From NCBI RefSeq assembly GCF_006345805.1, contig NC_043003.1, positions 56,172,001-56,236,000 on the forward strand: 64,000 nt of DNA. Direction: 5' to 3'. Of the stretch, positions 24,896 through 39,308 are shown one piece after another. The first letter of the stretch is position 1. Every line of letters starts with the position of its first letter. The position numbers were made by a program, and so were the translations under genes. Below the pieces are notes generated by a model that searched no databases, was not told the origin of the DNA, and saw only the letters and a list, made by a program, of their open reading frames with translations. Source of the stretch: Octopus sinensis (taxonomy: Eukaryota).

Positions 24896-25264
24896 ATGTA
24901 ATACATGATCAATTCCAAACACCATAGCTATATAAGCATTGTTTCTACATGAGTGTCCGTCTGGATTTAATTGCCTCTGTTTGTGTGTGTGTGTATGTGT
25001 ACGTGTAGGTGTAGGTCTGTGCGAGTCTCGTCGCGCCGTTAGCGAATGGTAGAAGACGACCAGTGATGGTATGCCTACGATATTCCATATCCAGTACTTC
25101 AGCAAAGGAAAACGATAAAATAAGTATTATATTTGAAAAACAAATATTACTAATGTCGGTTTGCACGACCAAAATCTTCCAGGCAGTGCTCAAGCCTGGC
25201 AGCAATAAGATTCCAACAAGCAATATGATAAAAGAATAATAGGAAGTATGTACATATATATATA

Positions 25265-25372
25265 AGTATGTATGTATGTATGTATGTATGTATGTATGTA
25301 TGTATGTATGTATGTATGTATGTATGTATGTATGTATGTATGTATGTATGTATGTATGTATGTATGTATGTA
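25265..25372. repeat. (TATG)n microsatellite
   Basis: Direct inspection; similar arrays at ~26360-26440 and 29350-29715. Confidence 0.98.
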
Positions 25373-25763
25373 TACTTGTATATGGATACGTACATATGAA
25401 TATATGAAAGTGTATGCGCGAGTGTGTGGATAAATGGTAATTTTACACTTGCCACTAAAGAAAATGGTCAACTGAATTATAGCATTCAAAAAGATCTTAA
25501 TGTCATAATCAGAAAATTTATATAATTTTATCAGAAAACACTGATCAAGAAGCAGCAGATATTTTGACAATAAAACTTAATATTAAACCCTTTAACCGAG
25601 ACTACGGTCATATTTGCATTCACATCAATCGAAGAAACAAACGTTACACAAATAGAAATATCGAACACCACCACATACACGTTAACACAGGCAAACATAT
25701 GTGTGTTTATACAAATTATGACAGCCTCTAATCATGTATGTATATACATTGATACATACAGAC

Positions 25764-25835
<72 letters not shown>

Positions 25836-25901
25836 TTATACATACATACATATATATATACACGTATATTTATTTATATACATACACACTCACATATATA
25901 T

Positions 25902-25936
<35 letters not shown>

Positions 25937-27612
25937 GTAATATATAAGAATATATATATATATCCATATATATATATATATATATATGTATATTTTTACC
26001 CATAAATTACTAACTATATATATGTATATATATGTATATACATATATTTATATATTTATATATGTGTATGTATATGTATATATACATATATGCAAATATA
26101 TGTGTAACAGTGTCAGTTTATACATCCATAAGCTCTTGAGTGTTTATATATGAAAATATATGTCTACATAAAAGTCCGGATGTTTATATGGACACACACA
26201 CACACACACGCACACATCTGAATCATTATGAGAATGGACACGTATCTCTTCTAAATAGATACAAACGTATGCACATATACACAAATTCCAAGATACACAC
26301 GCCCATACATACATGCATACATAGATACATACACAAGGTGCATACATATATAACGTACGTACATACATACATACATACATACATACATACATACATACAT
26401 ACATACATACATACATACATACATACATACATACATACATAAATATGTACATACATACAAAAACTTTCATCGATCACAAAGCTTATAGCTGTTAATTCGT
26501 CCACGAAATCGATACGAAATCATATGTATCACATAAAATAGTCAAAACTACAATAAAGTCTTCAACTGATATTAAAGAGTGCTGGCGGATAATTAGTCTT
26601 TCCGCTGATATTATCAATAAAACACAAATCTTTCGCTTCGTATGCGTAATGTCAGCCAAATATTTATAAGATATCAATACGATATCAAAATAACCTCGGT
26701 CTGACGCGCCAGCCGGATTACATTCTCTCTATAAAACTCAATAAGCAATTATTTTATATATATATATATATACATATAAATATATATTTAGTGTGTTCTT
26801 TGTTTTGTTTTTTTGGTTTTAGTTTTGTTTTATTCTCTCCTTATTCTTTTCTTAATTTTCATTTTCTACTACTGTTTGGGGGATAAAGGGAAATATATGT
26901 GTATGTGTCTATGCCTATATATATGTATATATATAGAGACGTTTATATATATACAAATACATAATACATATATATATGTGTATGTGTGTGTATGTGTGTG
27001 TATGTATATGTGTGTATGCATGTATGTATGCATATGATTATGTATATGTACAGACGTAAAGACACATATCATGAGATACACATAAAGTTTAAAATATAAT
27101 AGACACCCGATATATATCACGAGATAACACCTGTGAGATTATGAGAGATTTGATGCGTATACATATATACATACATATATGTATATATACATATATTCAT
27201 TTATATATACACATGAATATATGCGTATATATATGATTGTGTGTGTATCTGTATCTGTGTATGTGTGTGTGTGTGAATGTGTGTGTGTTGTGTGTTTGTT
27301 TGTTTCTTTACATGTGTGTTGGGGATAGTGTCTGAAAACGTTGGTGTCCACTCCAAATTTACACATATATTGATTGTGAATATCTTTCATAATCTAATCA
27401 GAATGCATAGGGGTACGAGCGTATGTGACAGGATTCCTGTCTGTATGTGTGTGTATTAATTCGAACAATTTTGCAACATCTGTATTACCCTGTACAAAAC
27501 AAACCATGTGATGGTTTGCACACGCAAATCAACAGACAAAAAATAGCTGATAACTCGGATGCTCACTAGAGATGCATTCCGAATAAGCTTATATAAATGT
27601 GTATGTTTGTAT

Positions 27613-27648
<36 letters not shown>

Positions 27649-27727
27649 TATATACATATATACCTACACACAAACACACAATACACACACACTAACACAC
27701 GCACACATATATATATATACATACATA

Positions 27728-27770
<43 letters not shown>

Positions 27771-27771
<1 letters not shown>

Positions 27772-27957
27772 AATCCTTAAAAATGTTTCAGCCCGAAGGC
27801 TGCGGCCTTGCTTGGGCACCACCGCTGAATGAGTTACACTAATATGTGAATCCACCTGTGATACGTGGCACTTGGTCAACAAGGGAGTTCGATGCCGCTG
27901 CTCGCATCTGTGTCCCCTGCCGTGAGGTAGGTTCATCTGGGACCCCCGACAAGAAGA

Positions 27958-27958
<1 letters not shown>
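27771..27958 (-). mobile_element. Short 3' fragment of CR1-like LINE family B, in (TA)n
   Basis: Matches 54156-54350 ([30 protein letters not shown]; tail aaggattt). Confidence 0.92.
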
Positions 27959-28029
<71 letters not shown>

Positions 28030-30479
28030 TATATACATACATATATGAGGCGTATGCAAATATATATATGTATATATAACTTAATGAATAAGAGGAAAGG
28101 AAAAAAATCCAATGCCAAATATGCTAATAATAGACATTAACTCGTCAATAACCACTTATAATTTATCACTAATAAGCACGCGTCTTTAAGCAAGCTGACA
28201 AAAATTTCTAAAAAATTTCGTTATTACAGAATCAGTCCAATTTCTGAGTTAATTATATAAAGAATTTTCTCGTCATCAGCGGTAAATACGTTAAGAAAAT
28301 AAATGAAATATTAACTTCCACTCATTGAAGAAGCAGACGCAAATCATGAGCACCCTTACGTACCTCAAATACATCCAAATAGAAATTTTGCAGTGATGAT
28401 TTATATATGGTTATTGACGATTTAATGTCTCTTCTCAGCATATTTTGCATAGGAATATTTTCTTTTGCCCATATTTATAAGTATGTTTTAATATGCTAGC
28501 CACTGAGAAAATTTTTTTGAAAATTTTATCCTATAATACATGTAAATTCATGTGGATATATAAACACAATTAGGTTAATATATATAAATATTAATAGGTA
28601 TATACATATAGATATATAGAAGGATATATAAAGAGACAAAACTATCATATTCAAGAGATAATTATACTTGCACAAACATAAAGATACTTGTGTATGTTGA
28701 CAAATTAACTTACTTTTACATGCGAATGTATGTGTGTGTAATCCTATGTCGACAAATCTGCTACATTTCTGGATCTTTGGCCGTTAGAGTCATCATAATT
28801 GTTTATTGATCATTTTCATATGCCGAAGTTCAACTGGAAAGAAGGTCCTATGATAAACATAAAGAAAAAAAAATAAAGTGTGTAACGAAATTTACACATG
28901 TTGCAAGACTTATGGCCAAGATGAATAGAATGCCATAATATCTTGACATCTTAAATTCGAGGCAACAAAATCATATCGTATCAAGCGAAACTCATCGGTT
29001 TCGTCCTCGTTTCCTGTTATCGAAGCTTCTGCAATGTGTCTACTGTTTTAATTTTACAGCGAAACACTTAATAGTCTATTAAATATACCGAATGAATCGC
29101 TACATTATATCGACGTCATATCCAACCACCCTGTACTTCCCCTTAATGCTATTATCACTAGTGTTTCAATCAGGTTCTCCAACTTTATATATGCACTGTG
29201 CGTTGCAACTGATGTTATTACATCGTCCTAAACCCATCGGGAAGCAGTGGAGAAGGAAGCGAAAACGATTGTTGTGCTAAATAAAGCTTCTAGTTACACA
29301 ACATCATCCGTATCAATTATTCAATATATATATATATATATATATGTGCATGTATGTATGTATGTATGTATGTATGTATGTATGTATGCATGTATGTATG
29401 TATGCATGTATGTATGCATATATATATGTGATTATTAACAGTTTATTTCAAAATTTCTTGCCAATAGAGAAAGAACAGGTTTCTAATTTAGATCCAAGGT
29501 TCTTTCAGTGGAATTTCAACATCAACAATACGGTACTGTTGTCTTTCTGTCTGTATGTATGTATGCATGTACATATGTAGGCATGTATGTATGTATGTAT
29601 GTATGTATGTATGTATGTATGTATGTATGTATGTATGTATGTATGTATGCATGTATGCATGTATGCATGTATGTATGTATGTATGTATGTATGTATGTAT
29701 GTATGTATGTATGTGCATATTTTTGTAGTTGAACTCTGCTCAAGTACATTCACAGCAGTGAGTATCACAATTTGAAGAAAACATATCTGTTATGTATTGC
29801 TTGAATTGTTTGTAGCTGTGTTTGGATTTCAAGGTGATTAGGTTAATATTTCTTCTATGATAACCACTGCTGCATTTTTCATGTTGTGGCCATCATCTCT
29901 ATAGTGATGTTGGTTTTATTGCAAGTTTCCCAGGTTAACATTAATCCACTCACAAATTATACAAAAGATGCATACTTTCTTAATTCAACGATCCCAGGCA
30001 ACGTCCATCTCAATATACGTTGCAACCAAACCTTCTTTTCTGAAATATTAGATTAATCGATTTCTGAGAGATTTTGCTGCTATATCTGGTATGTTGGAGA
30101 AAGCATAACAATATTTTCCTTCACTTCTAAAAAATATTTTTTCTTTCTTTTCTATTTACATCCAAACATTCTTATCTCTAAGCGAATATATCTGATCAAC
30201 CATTATTAAATGGACCCCTGATCCCTGAGAAGGAAAAGTTCAAGCAATTGAATTCATTGTCTGATAACTGACAGATGGTTATACGAAAGCTATTGATATA
30301 TAGTTTTCAGAAAGTCTACGCAGTAATGTAGTCGTACTATCGCGTAGCATTGTAACTTTTGCGATGCGCAACACGACTGGGATCTCCAAGTAGGTGGTAT
30401 TCCACTACAGTACTTGTATATTTTAAGCATTAGGGTATGGGGACATGAATATGCCAATACCGATTGTCAGTTGCTGTTA

Positions 30480-31180
30480 GCTTGAAACACAACCGACCAG
30501 GTAAAGGACCTGGATATCTTGGTGGATTCTTCTTTTTCGCCTTCGGCCCAGTGCGTCCATGCTGCCAACAAAGCACGCGGAGTTCTGTTTTTGATTCGAC
30601 GATCATTCAGAATGCTCACAGCAGCCATATTCCTACCGCTCTATGTCACGCTGGTGAGACCCATATTGGAGTACGGGTTTCAAGCCTCTTCTCCTTATCT
30701 CCTCAAACACATACATCATCTCGAAAGAGTCCAGACGCTGGCTACCCACATAGTTCTTGGTCTCAAGCATTTGTCTTATGAAGAAAGGCTGAAGACGCTC
30801 GACCTTTATTCTCTAGAAAAACAACGACGCCGTGGTGATGTCATTCTTGCTCACAACATCATAAGCGGAAAGTGAAACCTCTCGAAAGAGCTGTTCTTCA
30901 CTCCTGCTCCAGAGCGTAGGCTGCGGGGTCACTCCGAAAAGCTCTATCTGCGACGATTTCACTTCAATCGAAGGAGAGGGGCTTTCTCCGTCCGGGTTGC
31001 AGATCCGTGGAATAAGCTGCCGGACGAGATAGTGAAGATGCCGACGACTGCTCGGTTCAAAGTCTCTCTTGACCAGAAATGGCCTGAACTCTTTGCATGA
31101 ACACCACCCTGTACATAACTCCATGTCTCCCTACATGGCCTCGCTTTTTTGCTTTTTGAGCCAAAATTTAACTTAACTTA
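30480..31180 (+). mobile_element. 5'-truncated CR1-like LINE 3' end (third family) with (TTAAC)n tail
   Basis: VKDLDILVDSSFSPSAQC..LYVTLVRPILEYG..LERVQ..SYEERLKTLDLYSLEKQRRRGD..RLRGHSEKL..FSVRVADPWNKLP; tail ttaacttaacttaac. Confidence 0.92.
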
Positions 31181-31589
31181 ACAACGACATTCGCACACAG
31201 ACACACATATACGCACAGAAACAGTTATCCACAGACACACTCACACACAGTGGCACTAAAAAAAAAACACAAAGCACACACACACGCACACAAAAGCTAT
31301 TTGAGAAACATTATGGAGAGCCTTTACTTTTCTGTTTGCAATGGGGTGTGTCACTTTCGTGAGATAACCTTTGAAGAGATCTATAATTTGAAAACGTCTG
31401 GTATAAACTGAACAGGTCCACCACATTCACTAAGACTAATATTTAAAAAAATATGCTTGTGCTTACATACACATGCATACATCCTCCTACTTATATACAC
31501 ACAGACACATAGACACACACATACACGAACACGCCCCATCCCTATAAATATTTATCACTATCGGCAGTTTGTTCATGCTGCTGCTTTTA

Positions 31590-32170
31590 GAGCCTTGCGC
31601 CTCATTACTTACTGGGAAACTCCCTCCTGTTTGTTTAGAGATGTCCGAGATTTTACATCCATTTTAGTTGAAGCTCTCTCAGGACCGAGGTAGTGAAATC
31701 ATCAAAATGACTGATGGGATCTTCACGGATATTGGTGACGGATCCTTGCAGATTGTGTGCGATGAATTTGGTTTTACTAGGCTTAGCAAGCAGCTCAACG
31801 TCACGTGCAGCTAATTCTCAACTACGAAGTGATTGCCTGGAGATTGATGCGTCAGAGAGCAAGGCTAAATCTTCAGCATAGTTCACATCAGTTATTTTTT
31901 GAGCTGGATGACCGATTGATCTTCTTTTCACGGATGTGAAAACAAGGTTGATTAGATTGTCAATTGAGGTCCTAGGGATAAAATCCAGTGATCACAAAAA
32001 GAAAACCTGCCTATGTTTTCGCCTGGAGAACTTCGACTCAAATATCAAAGAAACATAGGACCTCCGTCAGAGGATATTACCATTCATTTGGTGTTATTAT
32101 AGAGCAACATAATAGCAGGTGGTGATTCTTCAGGGACACCGTCAGCGTTTGCAGTCGGAAAGAAAGCTGT
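31590..32170 (-). mobile_element. Decayed RTE-clade LINE reverse-transcriptase fragment
   Basis: GVPEE..AIMLLYNNTK..VISSDG..VLQAKT.AGFLFVI..KRRSIGHPAQKITDVNYAEDLALLSD..SKTKF (YADD-like motif). Confidence 0.8.
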
Positions 32171-32186
32171 CATATCTATCTATCTA

Positions 32187-32287
32187 ATCAGCCGAAATTG
32201 CGAGGATGATCCGGTTCTTGACTGAAGATTGAAGGCTTCGAATGTCCCGTCCGTGTTTTTTGTATCGTTTTCTAAATGTTTTGCGTT

Positions 32288-32327
<40 letters not shown>

Positions 32328-32640
32328 CGTTCGTACCCTCTATCTTATATGTAAGTACACATTTCTCTAAACTTGGTACGACTCTATAACACTGTTTCTC
32401 TCTCCCTTCTCCCACATTTATTTGCTTTTCTTACTCTGCACTTCACTTTGTCCCTGTCTCCTTTTCTCGCTCTCTCTCTCTCTGTCTCTCTCTCATCTCC
32501 TCCTCCTTAATTCCTCTGTCCCTCTTTTTCTCTCACTTCTCTTCACACGTGACTGACTGACCGACTACTGGCCTTTTGGGTCTGGCAGCGGTCGTAGGAA
32601 CATCAACAGTCGAAAGACGCCTGTTTGCGATGTCCTGTTA

Positions 32641-32681
<41 letters not shown>

Positions 32682-32950
32682 TTTGTTTTTACGTAATATA
32701 TTTGTATTCGTATTCCTGTAACATCGTCCGTTTTTCAGTCCTTGTTTTGTATACATTCGAAGCTTTCTTCCAAGGAATCTAATGCGCTTAGCTTAGTTTT
32801 TCCTTGGGGCTGGCCAGATTGGAGCAATCTCAAGATTAATCACCCGAAATTGCGAGGATGATCCGGTTCTTGACTGAAGATTGAAGGCTTCAAATGTCCC
32901 GTCCGTGTCTTTTGTATCGTCTTCTAAATGTTTTGCGTTCTTGTCCCAGT
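32187..32950 (+). mobile_element. Probable Penelope-type 3' UTR bracketed by a ~105-bp direct repeat (32187-32290, 32838-32945)
   Basis: aatca.ccgaaattgcgaggatgatccggttcttgactgaagattgaaggcttc.aatgtcccgtccgtg..ttttgtatcgt.ttctaaatgttttgcgttctt occurs twice; CT-rich spacer; both copies run into (TA)n. Confidence 0.5.
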
Positions 32951-33119
32951 TTGTATATATGTATATATATATATTATATATATATATATATGCCTGTCTG
33001 TCTATCTATCCATCTATCTATCTACCTGTATATATATATATATATATATATATGTATGAGCGCGCGCGCGTATGTGTATGTATGAGACATGTTTCTTTTA
33101 CTTTCTGTCTAACAGCACC

Positions 33120-33250
33120 CATCACTATGCCTTGGCCTGCACGAGGCTAAAGAAGACACTAGCCCAAATTGACACGTATAGAACTGAGATGCGAACAAGT
33201 AGTTGGGAAGCGAACTTCACTTCTAGCCACACAGCCACACCTGCCACTAT
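33120..33250 (-). mobile_element. Decayed tRNA-head/CORE-like SINE
   Basis: gaggctaaagaagacactagcccaa...ttgggaagcgaact...ccacacagccacacctgccact. Confidence 0.65.
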
Positions 33251-33291
33251 GTAGTATATATATATATGCATATATATATATATAATATATA

Positions 33292-33336
<45 letters not shown>

Positions 33337-33756
33337 TACATTCACACGCACTTACACCCCCATATATATACAGACAGATACACAGACAGACATATAGACA
33401 GATAGATAGATAGATGGATAGATAGATATACATATGCATACATGTTTCTTAAACATAACGTCTTGTAAAAGACAAAACCAATCTGAAAGTTATGTTGCAT
33501 AGTTGCCCATTATAATTGTTTTTAAGTCATATTGATTCCCTTTTAAACTATAATTAAGTGTATTGACGTATATTGACGTTCTAATCATTAAATAAACTTC
33601 TAACAGTCCTAATTTCCTAATTATCATGCGGTAAACTTCGTTACTCTTCTTAACGCGAACGGTTTGATGTAAAATCAACCGTGGGTACTTGAAGACGTAT
33701 TTGTATGCATATATACATTCGTACATGTATATAGATGTGTTTAAATGTATAGGTAT

Positions 33757-33805
<49 letters not shown>

Positions 33806-36494
33806 CACACACACAAATATAGAAGCACAATACATAAATAGAAACATTCTGATTCATAAAATTTTATGTATATTATTAGAGACAGATTGAAAACACCAGA
33901 TGGCGGGAAATTGATACACGGATAAAAAGCCATACCGATACATAGACACATACAGACAGAAACTCACATACACACACACGAACACACTCACACACACACA
34001 CATATATGAGTTTGTGTATATCCATGTGTACATATGTTTCTGTGTGTATGAATACCGGGAGAGAAGGTATGTGAGAACGGCAAGGAAAGAGAGTGAGAGA
34101 GAGAAAGGGGAGAGAGGCAGACAGACAGACAAACAGGCAGACAGTCAGACGGACAGTCTAACAAATAGAGGGTCAGACAGAGAAGAGACTGAGAAACAGT
34201 CAAAAGAGAGTGCGGCAAGTTCAGAAATCATATAAGATTTCAAGAAATAGGTAGGAGACGACGATTCTTTTTTTGTCTTGGTGATTTTCTGTTACTTAAA
34301 TAATCATTTTTTATCTTTATTTCTTTTATTTAAGAAGTTATTATTATTTATCATTTTGCTTCTACATTTCCCAAATGTCGAGAAGGAGGAGACGGCAAAA
34401 TTTTGCTTTGAATGCCACAGTTAGTAAGAAGCCTGTCGTACTTGCTTTAGATGTGTAGATATTTGAGAGAGTTATCCGTTAGATAGAACGTTAGAGGATG
34501 AGGAATAGTGGAATACATTATAGAAAGGGGAGGTAATGAAGGAGAAGTAAATGGGAGAGACTGGGCGAGGTGGTGGATGGATTGGCACAACATGAAAGCA
34601 ACTCTTTATTAACTGAGATAGAATACCAAAATTCGATGTATATCTTGTTGTTGTAGTTGTTGTTGTTCTGGAGGTGGTGGTGGTGTTGGTGTTTGAAGAT
34701 GATGGAATTTGACAATGAAATAATATGTTGTTATTGCTCTTGTTGTTATTGTATTTGTTATGGTCGTTTCCTGATAATTTTGTATAGTGTGGTTTGTTTT
34801 TCTTGTGATTATTTTTTCTGTTTTATAAATTCTGTTGTTGCTTCAAAAGCAGGCAATGAGATATAAATCATTAGCTTACGATGTTCCATAGTGATGTATG
34901 TCTATTATAAATAAGTATCTATACACACACATACACACATTCACACAAACGCACACACTCACACGCACATTCACACACACACACACACACAAGCACACGG
35001 ACACACACATACTCACGTGCACACGCATATATACATACATAATTATATATACATGCATAAATGTTGTATACGTACATACATGTATATGTTTGTATGTATG
35101 TGTGTGTATGTACACACTTACATATGCATGTATGTATGTATGTATATATATATATGTACATATATACATATATATATACATATATATATACATATATACA
35201 TATATATACATATATATACATATATATATACGTATATATATATATACACACATATGTATACATATATATATATATATATATATTCACGTATATTTATATA
35301 TAAATACATACATATATGTATGTATGCCGAATGTGTTTGTGTTTATTTATATGTATACACATAAATATAAGTGTGTATATACATACATATAGTAGGCATA
35401 ATTATGTAAGACATGAGTACATAAGAACACCCACAGTAAAGCTACAAATTGCAACATTCTTTTCTGCTTTATCTTGCAGATAAACATATAATCAAAGAGA
35501 CGAGTTATTATTTTTGCAATCATTCATATCTGACGATGTGACGGGTTACAGAGACGTATGAACTCACGACATGGTGACTTACTGGTTATGTAATATGGCA
35601 AGGAACCGCGTGATATGGACTATTTTGAAGATATTTAATCTGAAATACCATAACATGTATATTCAACTCCTTGTATTGTTGTTTGATTTGTCTTAAAGAA
35701 AATATGAACTCCGTTCCTTTATTTATGTATCTATTTATCTATTTATTTATTTAGTTAGTTATTTATTGGTATTTCAACATTGTCAATAACGTGGGTAATT
35801 TATATACTATATACATTTATACTTTATCAAATGTATTATACATATATGTATATATGATTGTGTGTGTGTGTGTATGTTGGTATTTTTGAGTCTACGTACA
35901 TATATGTGTACCTGTTTGTATGTGTATTTGTTTTCATGTCCTGTATTTAATTCAATGTGATTTGTTATGATATACTGAATTATATATAATTCACTATTCA
36001 CACATTTCGGGAGAATATGATATCATATTTTTGTTGACAACCCATTTTGAATATACTGTTAAACGCTGAAAAATATATTCAAAATTGTTTTGCTTTACAA
36101 TCTACTTTGAAGTAGCTTTTGTGTCCGTAAGAGATAAATATCAAAAAGTGAATCAATTGTAAGTCACGTAATATCGAATCCTTCAAAAAATTCACGATGT
36201 ATTTAAACCTACTTCGTGTGGCTGAAAATTATTGAATTTTTTTTCTGTTCATGATCCCGAAAGGCTGAACCTTATGTGTTACAATAAAAATATATTTGTG
36301 TTGTTTTCATTATCAGTCTAGCACTTTGCCTATAGGCATGCAGATTTCATGGTATCTTGTTCGTGTGGGAGTAAACAATTATATCTTAATAGTTGCATAT
36401 GTCATTTAAAAACGATATAGATTGTATTCTTAAAAGATTAGTTAAATTTTTAAAGATAAGATAATGAACGTTTTATGTAATAGAAACAGCAGGC

Positions 36495-36559
<65 letters not shown>

Positions 36560-36596
36560 TGTGTGTGTGTGTTTATGTATGTATGTATATATATGC

Positions 36597-36676
<80 letters not shown>

Positions 36677-36677
<1 letters not shown>

Positions 36678-36990
36678 GTGCGGTAACCAAAAGTAACCGA
36701 ATAATTTCTCTGTGAGACAATCAGATAGTAGTTCAGGCTTCGCCGCTAGAAGCCACTTGATGCGACTTTCAGGCATCAGATTGCCGGCCAGAGTCGATAG
36801 TAGCTATCGTACTTACACGTGGTACGTCTGTGGTCTGCAACGCTTCTCCAGTGTTTGTCGAATTTTGCGATGGCTGAATTGAAGGAAGAGCATGCTTCTG
36901 TGAAATTCTGTTTTCTGCAGGAGAAAACGGCGGCCGAAAAATTTGTCATGCTTCAAACAGCTTACAAGAACGCTGCTATGAGCAAAACAC
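36677..36990 (+). mobile_element. mariner 5' end: left terminal repeat and transposase N-terminus
   Basis: TA|cgtgcggtaaccaaaagtaaccgaat terminus; ATG at 36870 gives MAELKEEHASVKFCFLQEKTAAEKFVMLQTAYKNAAMSKT (mariner HTH pattern). Confidence 0.82.
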
Positions 36991-37114
36991 TTTGAAAGAG
37001 AGAAAGCCAAAGAAAGAACGTATTTTGATGCTTGTCATATCCAACATGCTTTATACATTGTCTAACACGAATGACAACAGCTCGGTAGATGTGTCTATAT
37101 TGGGGACGTTGTCG

Positions 37115-37234
37115 TGTTTTGTAGATTGAAACCTTTCCTTTAGGTTGTTCGAATGTTTTGTGGATTGAAACCTTTCCTTTAGGTTGTTCGAATGTTTTGT
37201 GGATTGAAACCTTTCCTTTAGGTTGTTCGAATGT
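37115..37234. repeat. Three tandem copies of a 39-bp unit
   Basis: tgttttgt(a/g)gattgaaacctttcctttaggttgttcgaa starting at 37115, 37154 and 37193. Confidence 0.97.
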
Positions 37235-38107
37235 AGCATGTTCCAATGTTGAATAGTAATCGTTCTATATCAATGACACAAGTCGGCAAGATAACCTAAA
37301 ACCGACCGGCCAAACAACTAGAAATAGCAGTCATGTCTTCATCCATCTACACTCATACGTTTGATAATGTAGTTGGTGATTCAGTATCTAAATATAGTTG
37401 GGGTTATAACTATTCGAACGTCTTTGATCATAGAAGGAATAAACGACAGTGACGACTGCAACAACAATAGCAACAATAATAACAACAGCGACAACATTAA
37501 TAACAACAACAAACAACAACAATCCTTAATGTATATAACTAGGGCGTAGTGATGTAGTGTACATCAGGGCTCTGATATCTCACCTCTCTTTCTTCTCCGG
37601 AAAATAATGACCTACGCGCTGTCACATCAAACTGCAATCACACGTATGCAAATGACATCCACAATACACAGCTACTCTTTGATTTATACGTTTAGATAAC
37701 CAGTATTTATATGATTCGATAAATAGATTTCTTTATAATTCGATATATAATTTATAATTCACTCTATAGATGCTCTTTTACTTCAGCAAAACACAACAAA
37801 CAGCGTTGAAAGAAATCTATTTGTATAGCGTATGTTGTTCCTACAGAATAACATTCTGATAATACACATATTTATCTTTATTGATTTGTGATTACCAAGA
37901 GCTAACTCTAAGAATCATCAAGAATTGAACTCAAAATATAGGGAGATGCAAATAAATGCGATAATATATTTGACATAGCGTCGTGCCAACACCTGTGTAT
38001 AGACGGATTCCTTTCACAGTCCTGAGAAAATGTTCTTTCACTACCAATCTTAGATGGCAGTAAAATAATGTACTTTGTATATACTATTTTAAACCTTCCA
38101 CAATATT

Positions 38108-38750
38108 GGTTTCAAAATTTGGCACAAGGCCAGCAGATCGTGTTAGGGAGTAACCCGCTTACATCCAACCTCAAAAATGTTACTTTTTGTATCGTCACCG
38201 AAAAATGAAAGGCCATGTAAACGTCGAAATTTGAACTCAGAGCGTGAAACCGGACGAAATAACGGAAAGTACTTTTCCCCGGCGTGCTAACGAGTCTGCC
38301 AGCTCACCGGGTTTAGTAAATCCCATAACATGGGTTTCAAATTTTGGCGTAAGTCCAACTTCGAAGGAGAGAATAAGTCGATTATATGGTCCCCAGTGAT
38401 CAACTGCCTCTTATTTCATCGATATCCGGGAAGTAAATTCGATCTCGGTGGAATTTAACTCAGAGGATAAAGACGGACGATATGCCGCCAATCAGTTTAC
38501 CAGGAGTTCTAACGTTTCATATTTCTTTCTTGCCGACAAGGGGTAAACATAGAGGGGACAAACAAGGAGAGACAAAGGAACTAAGTCGATTACATCGACC
38601 CCAGTGCGTAACTCGTACTTAATTTATCGACCCCGAAAGGATAAAAGGCAAAATATACCTCGTCGGCATTTGAACTCAGAACGTAACGGCAGACAAAATA
38701 CCGCAAAGAATTTCACCCAGCGCGCTAACGTTTCTGCCAGTTTGCCACCT
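38108..38750 (-). mobile_element. Three adjacent diverged Meta-domain type SINEs
   Basis: Repeated tttatcgaccccgaaagg..aaaggcaaa..acctcg.cgg.atttgaactcaga..gtaa..cggacgaaat cores at ~38110, 38330 and 38525. Confidence 0.85.
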
Positions 38751-39069
38751 TCTTCAGGAGTTCTAACGTGTCAGCCAGCTCACTGCCTTTGCTACCATTG
38801 TAATATTGATACAGCATGAGCGGAAGACATGCCGTTGAAACTGAAGTGATACAGTTTCCCGTTTAAAAACTCGCATATTAAAACTTCATATATTAAATGG
38901 TTATTAAAAGAAATAAAAGAACATTTTTATATATGAGCTACCTTTAGCAATAACCAAAGCAACATGACACATCTTAAACTCTGTCTGAAACTCTTATTCC
39001 TCTTTTCACGCAGAATAATATCTTGTTTTTCTTTATCTATGGCCAAGTAAGTCAAATTTATTCATCTGT

Positions 39070-39100
<31 letters not shown>

Positions 39101-39308
39101 GCATTATTAAATCTCAGAGTGAGATGTAAACAGCAACCGCTCGACAATGTAAAGTATAAAAGCCATCTCAATATGGCTAACCACACAGTGGGGGTGTTAC
39201 TGTAGCTTTTTAGCCCCAGGAGATCATTGTCCCCAGCTGGATTTAGACACCCTTTCAGTGCCCTTGAAGTATTTGCAAAGGGAGGCCATCCCTTCCTCGC
39301 AAGCCTGA

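Noticed and set aside
28210-28280. Minus-strand CTGATGA ... GAAA (hammerhead candidate)
   Set aside because: Helix II ends do not pair and there is no NUH site with a closing helix I.
35480-35545. Strong-looking acceptor ttctgctttatcttgcag followed by a short open frame
   Set aside because: All frames stop within about 20 codons and there is no convincing donor or recognisable protein.
37115-37234. CRISPR-like repeats (units contain ATTGAAAC and a small hairpin)
   Set aside because: Units are directly contiguous with no unique spacers, there are no cas genes, and the context is eukaryotic; it is an ordinary tandem triplication.
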